A program made the translations under genes and the position numbers. Below the pieces are notes generated by a model. It searched no databases, had not been told where the DNA came from, and saw nothing but the letters and a program-made list of their open reading frames with translations. Positions 58,180-64,000 of a stretch of 64,000 bases of DNA are shown here, one piece after another (the stretch's first letter is position 1; every line of letters starts with the position of its first letter). Origin of the DNA: Nitratidesulfovibrio sp. (lineage in GTDB: Bacteria > Desulfobacterota > Desulfovibrionia > Desulfovibrionales > Desulfovibrionaceae); NCBI RefSeq assembly GCF_040373385.1, contig NZ_JBDXXH010000001.1, positions 9,191 through 73,190 of the forward strand. The letters are read 5' to 3'.

Positions 58180-59353
58180 GACGTGCTCTCCGCCGGGCCC
58201 GCCGTCCGGACAGCCGTGCCGCGTTCGCCGCGAACCAGCAGCAGGCAGAAGAAGGGGCCGCCCAGCAGTGCCGTGACCACGCCCACCGGCAGTTCCGCCC
58301 CGCCGGGCAACAGGGTGCGGGCCAGCACGTCGGCCCAGGCCAGCAGCACGCCGCCCCCGAACCATCCCGTTGTCAGCAGCGGCCCGTGCGCCGCGCCCAG
58401 GCGCATCCGCGCCAGGTGCGGCACCACCAGCCCCACGAAACCGATGACCCCGCTTACCGCCACGCACCCCGCCGTGATCAGGCTGGCGCCCACCAGCAGT
58501 TGCAGGCGCACGCGGGCCGTATCCATGCCCAGCTGCCTGGCCTGCACGTCGCCCAGGGCCAGGATGTCCAGTTCGCGAAAGCGCGGCAGCACCAGCAGCA
58601 GGCCCAGCGCCAGCCACGGCAGCAGCACCGCCACGTGCGACCAGCCGCGACCTTGCAGGCTGCCCATGATCCAGAACACGATGCTGGAGACGGATTCCTC
58701 GTCCAGCGCCTTGACCAGCGATACCAGCGCCGAGAGCACGGTGGACACCACAACCCCGGCCAGCACCACGGTTTCGCGGCGAAAGCTGCCGCCGCCCGCA
58801 GCGCCGCCCAGCAGCAGCACCGCGCCCAGCGAGGCCAGCGCCCCGGCCAGGGCGGCCAAAGGCAACAATGCCTGCGGCGAAAGCGCCGCGAATGCGGGCA
58901 GATGCAGGGCCAGCCACGCGGCCAGCGGACCGATGCCCAGGGTCAGCGCCAGCGATGCGCCGAATGCCGCCCCGCCGGATACCCCCAGGGTGAAGGGATC
59001 GGCCAGCGGGTTGCGCAGCACCCCCTGGAACACCGTGCCCGCCACGGCCAGCCCGCCGCCCGCCAGCAGGGCCAGACAGACGCGGGCCAGGCGGATGCGG
59101 GTAACCACCAGCATGTGGGTAGCGTCGGGCGCGCTGCCCGCCATGTCCGTGAACGCACCCGGCAGCGCCAGTTCGCCCAGCGCGCGCAGCACGTCGTCCA
59201 CGACGATATGGAACGGCCCGAACAGGCAGGCCAGCACCACCGTGGCCGCCCAGCACAGGGCGGCCAGCAGGATGCAGCGAAGGACGCGGCGGGGCCGCGC
59301 GGCCCCGGTCCATGCCTGTTGCGGCGCGGACCGGGGCACGGAGGCATTGTGCA

Positions 59354-59354
<1 letters not shown>
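58176..59354 (-). CDS. ABC transporter permease (FecCD/BtuC family)
   Basis: ORF 58176..59555 trimmed to ATG 59354, which overlaps the cbiK stop (TAATG). ..GVLRNPLADPFTLGVSGGAAFG..FVGLVVPHLARM..PVGVVTALLGGPFF. Confidence 0.88.
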
Positions 59355-60823
<1,469 letters not shown>

Positions 60824-60947
60824 CTAGCCGAAACCTGCCGGTTCGTGTATGTGCATGTATGATCGGGTTTAGTCTTGTTTGGTGGAATCCGGATTAAACA
60901 TGTCAGGGTTATTTTGTAATACACGAGTAATACGAAACTAATGGGGT

Positions 60948-60963
60948 TGGCATCTCGGTTGCA
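60948..60963 (+). promoter_or_regulatory. Near-consensus sigma-54 promoter TGGCAT-N5-TTGCA upstream of the giant adhesin gene
   Basis: gtTGGCATctcggTTGCAgt with the correct 12-nt register. An AT-rich tract lies immediately upstream. About 300 nt upstream of ATG 61266. Confidence 0.7.
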
Positions 60964-61265
60964 GTGTAGGCGTTAGTCGCACGCCCGAATCCGGATTGTC
61001 CGGACACAGCCGGATTGCCGGGCGTGAGCACCCAGGGGTTTAAGAACATGCCGACAATCCTGAATAAACCAGGCCACGCGGCGAGCCCCGGAACGAATTT
61101 ACGGACGGAGATGGGGAATCCGGAAAAGCCGGACGATATGCGGCGACACCGGATAAAACAGGCTGAACGCAGGCGGGGCGCGCCCGGAATCGGATTCCGA
61201 ACGGCATTCCCGCACAACGCAAGGACGGAGTCGCAGCGCGCCTTCGCCAACATGGGGAGATAGCC

Positions 61266-64000
61266 ATGGTTACGCAGAACACCACCACCACGGGTGCCGC
61301 AGCGGCGGCCCGCCACATCCAGCTGACCCAGCCGCAGGCAAACCAGCAGATTGTCATCGACAATATTGCTGGCGCGGCGCTGGATATGGGCTTTCCGTCC
61401 GAGGCGGCACAACTGGAGCAGTCCGGACAGGACCTTGTGTTCCTGTTCGAGAACGGCGGCCGCATCGTCCTTTCCAACTTTTTCGGCCTGTTCGAATCCA
61501 ACCAGCTGCCCGCCTTCAACCTTGAAGACGGCCAGTCGCTGCCGGGCGACGCGTTCCTCGCGGCCCTGCGCGAAGACCTGCTGCCTGCCGCCGGCCCCGG
61601 CGCGGGCGCTGCCGCAGGCAGCGGCGGCGTGGGCGACTACGACGACAACGCGGGCGACCTGATCGGCGGCGTGGACCGCCTGGACCCGCTGGGCACCACC
61701 GGCATCGGCACGGCGGCCCTGGCGGCCATCGAGGATGAAGGGCCCGACGCCATCGACACCGTGCCCACCCTGATCATGACCACCAGCGCGCTCACCGTGT
61801 ACGAATCGGACCTGGGCGACGGCAGTTCCACCTACCAGGGCACCACGGAAGGCGGCATAGCTGTTTCCGGTTCCTTCGCCATCACCGCGCCCGATGGCAT
61901 TGGCTCGCTGACCGTGGGCAACAGCGTGTTCTCGGCGGCGGATCTCGCGGCGCTTGCCGGGGGCACCCCGCTGGCCGTTGATCTTGGTGCGCAGGATGCG
62001 TACGCCGACATGGTGCTGACCGGCTTTGACGGCACCAACGTGCTCTTCACCTATACCCTGGTGGACGACAGCACGCATACCCTGCTGACCCCCAGCGCGG
62101 AAGACCGCATCGAAACCGTTACCGTCATCATCACCGACGCCGACGGTGACTCTTCCCTTCCCGGCACCCTGACCATCACCATCGCGGATGACGAACCGCT
62201 CATCGGCAAGATCAACGATCCCAACCCCGAAGACGAAGTCATCCCCGACGACTACCCCGAACTCGGCACCGATGGCGTTGTCGAACACGTCTTCAGCAAT
62301 GGCGAGTTCAACCTGAACTTCGACCTGACCAACGGCAGCGTTCCCGAGCTCAACAACGGCATCGTGGACCTGCGCGTGGACGGCGGCACTCCTTACTTCC
62401 GCAACGGCGCCGGGCTTGGCGTGACCTACGACGGCAACCACGTGCCCGGCGATTCGCCCGACCGCGAGAACGAACTGGGCCACCGCGACGACAAATGGTT
62501 CCATGAGCAGGAAGGCGTGGTCTTCAAGCTGGACGGCGTGGCTGACTCGTTCAGCATGGGAACCTCGGCGTTCTACAAGGGCGAGGGCGGCTCCGGCGAA
62601 ATCGGCAAGGTGCTGTTCTTCCTGGGCGACGAACTTGTCGATTCGCGGGTGATCTTCGCCAACCAGCCCGGCGACAGCTACAACTTCACCAACCTGGACA
62701 ACGGCGGGCTGTTCGACCGGGTGGTCATCATCGGCCTTGACTACCAGCACATGCCCAGTTTTTACGGCAGCCACGGGCACGACGTGCCCTCGGTCGGCGA
62801 CAGCAGCGACTTCTACATCACCAACGTCGGCTTCCACATCGTGTCGGAAGTGGGCGTTGCCCACGGCGACCTGGACTTCACCTACGGCGCGGATGATCGC
62901 GGATCCTTCGACCTGACCTGGGCGGGCCTTGCTACCGAGACCCCGGAAGGGCAGCCCGAAGTGGCCGTCGCGCTGGACAGCTCCGATACCTCGTCCGACG
63001 GCATCTGGACCTGGGATGGCCAGCAAGTGAACGTTGTCGTCGAAGGTGAAGGCCGCATCGTCGGCTACATCGTCGGCGAATCCTCGGGCGACGAGATCAG
63101 CACTTCGGAATCGGTTTCCAACATCGCCTTCGTGCTGCAAGTCGATCCCGACACCGGGTACTGGACCTTCACCCAGAACGTGCTGCTCGATCTGCCCGAC
63201 AGCGCCGGTGGCAAGCTGACCTTCAACTACACCATCACCGACAGTGACGGTGACACGGCGTCCTCGTCCTTCAACGTGACCATCATCGAAGCCGAGCGCA
63301 CCCCCGACATCGACATGCCCACCGAAGCGCATGTGGTGCACGAGTCCGGGCTGTTCACGCCGTGGGCCATCGGCACCGACGCCGGGCACGACGCCGTCGT
63401 TGCCTCGGGTACCTTCGTCGTCGACATGCAGCACGAGGACTTCGCGTCCGTCACCGTGGGCGGCAAGACCTTTGCCTCGCTGGATGACCTTGACGCGGCC
63501 GGGCCGCTGTTCATCGGCGCCAACGGGCTTGTGGTGGACAACCCGCTGCTGGCCCACGCCGTGCTGGATGTCACCGGCGTCACCTATGACGACGCCACCG
63601 GCAAGTACACCGTTGCCTACAGCTACACCCTGTACGACAACGTCAGCCACACCTTCCCCGACGGTACCGAAACCGGCGACGTGATTCCCATCAGCGTCAC
63701 CGACGTTTCGGGCGATTCCGCCTACGCTTCCCTGACCATCACCATCGTGGACGACGTGCCCATCGCGCACGACAACGTCGCGTGGGTGACCGAAGATGGC
63801 GGGCACGACTGGAATCCGTACACCGACGACGACACCTCCGGCAACGTCATCACCGGCAACATCTTCTGGTTGCCCGAAATGGGCGACGACCAGCAGGGCG
63901 CGGACGGCGCCAAGGTGTCGAACATCCAGTTCGGTTACCATTCCGAAGGCGTGGACGCCAACGGCGAGACCATCAACGGGCTGTACGGCACCCTGTTCAT
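61266..64000 (+). CDS. Giant repeat-containing secreted adhesin (type I secretion substrate-like; N-terminal retention-type module + cadherin/VCBS-like repeats), 5' partial
   Basis: ATG 61266 with GGGGAGA upstream. The frame is open to the window end, so it is absent from the track; the 1010-aa minus-strand ORF 60909..63941 is its antisense shadow. MVTQNTTTTGAAAAARHIQLTQPQANQQIVIDNIAG..GQDLVFLFENGGRIVLSNFF... Repeated modules such as TVTVIITDADGDSSLPGTLTITIADDEP, LTFNYTITDSDGDTASSSFNVTIIE, IPISVTDVSGDSAYASLTITIVDDVP. Confidence 0.85.
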   Translation, partial: MVTQNTTTTGAAAAARHIQLTQPQANQQIVIDNIAGAALDMGFPSEAAQLEQSGQDLVFLFENGGRIVLSNFFGLFESNQLPAFNLEDGQSLPGDAFLAALREDLLPAAGPGAGAAAGSGGVGDYDDNAGDLIGGVDRLDPLGTTGIGTAALAAIEDEGPDAIDTVPTLIMTTSALTVYESDLGDGSSTYQGTTEGGIAVSGSFAITAPDGIGSLTVGNSVFSAADLAALAGGTPLAVDLGAQDAYADMVLTGFDGTNVLFTYTLVDDSTHTLLTPSAEDRIETVTVIITDADGDSSLPGTLTITIADDEPLIGKINDPNPEDEVIPDDYPELGTDGVVEHVFSNGEFNLNFDLTNGSVPELNNGIVDLRVDGGTPYFRNGAGLGVTYDGNHVPGDSPDRENELGHRDDKWFHEQEGVVFKLDGVADSFSMGTSAFYKGEGGSGEIGKVLFFLGDELVDSRVIFANQPGDSYNFTNLDNGGLFDRVVIIGLDYQHMPSFYGSHGHDVPSVGDSSDFYITNVGFHIVSEVGVAHGDLDFTYGADDRGSFDLTWAGLATETPEGQPEVAVALDSSDTSSDGIWTWDGQQVNVVVEGEGRIVGYIVGESSGDEISTSESVSNIAFVLQVDPDTGYWTFTQNVLLDLPDSAGGKLTFNYTITDSDGDTASSSFNVTIIEAERTPDIDMPTEAHVVHESGLFTPWAIGTDAGHDAVVASGTFVVDMQHEDFASVTVGGKTFASLDDLDAAGPLFIGANGLVVDNPLLAHAVLDVTGVTYDDATGKYTVAYSYTLYDNVSHTFPDGTETGDVIPISVTDVSGDSAYASLTITIVDDVPIAHDNVAWVTEDGGHDWNPYTDDDTSGNVITGNIFWLPEMGDDQQGADGAKVSNIQFGYHSEGVDANGETINGLYGTLF

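Noticed and set aside
60975-61265. c-di-GMP (GEMM-I/II) riboswitch in the adhesin leader.
   Set aside because: I could not find the conserved GEMM elements (paired GNRA tetraloop/receptor helices, the ACGCAAAGC-type core). The leader is repeat-rich, but no known aptamer is recognisable by eye, so it needs a covariance-model scan.

Overview
A 64 kb, high-GC (about 65-67% by eye) chromosomal segment. Gene content and order look like Desulfovibrionaceae (Desulfovibrio/Nitratidesulfovibrio vulgaris group); this is my recollection of synteny, not a search result. I support about 50 protein genes, no rRNA or tRNA, no CRISPR array, and no transposase, integrase or phage genes.

Gene content, left to right:
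- REC-PAS response regulator (partial), rlpA, an EamA transporter, trkA-trkH, malic enzyme, pepA, and a membrane GGDEF protein.
- An alternative spermidine pathway cluster: speA, carboxy(nor)spermidine dehydrogenase, nspC and speB. It is interrupted by a wHTH + nucleotidyltransferase (AbiE-like) gene pair and by a small gene with an in-frame TGA.
- PAS-GGDEF-EAL, usp, cls, a Zn-phospholipase-C-like protein, and chrA with a divergent ABM monooxygenase and flavin reductase.
- The six-gene Ech membrane [NiFe] hydrogenase operon echABCDEF. echB is broken by an apparent 1-nt deletion.
- A TetR-family gene followed by an RND efflux pair (adaptor and permease).
- A translationally coupled HD-GYP/GGDEF pair, ridA, and a secreted low-complexity protein.
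- A sigma-54 enhancer-binding protein followed by a -24/-12 promoter and three paralogous small proteins.
- An Mla-like ABC system (STAS-MlaE, MlaF, MlaD, lipoprotein) and a dCache chemoreceptor.
- A cobalamin-riboswitch-controlled cbiK-ABC transporter-cbiL operon.
- The 5' 2.7 kb of a giant repeat adhesin gene, preceded by a near-consensus sigma-54 promoter.

Intergenic regions carry several repeat families. These include a roughly 215-bp element present as an inverted pair with compensatory hairpin changes.

Many long ORFs in the supplied track are antisense or out-of-frame artefacts of high-GC coding DNA, and I rejected them. All start-codon trims, promoter calls and family assignments come from reading the sequence by eye. 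No searches or folding programs were run.
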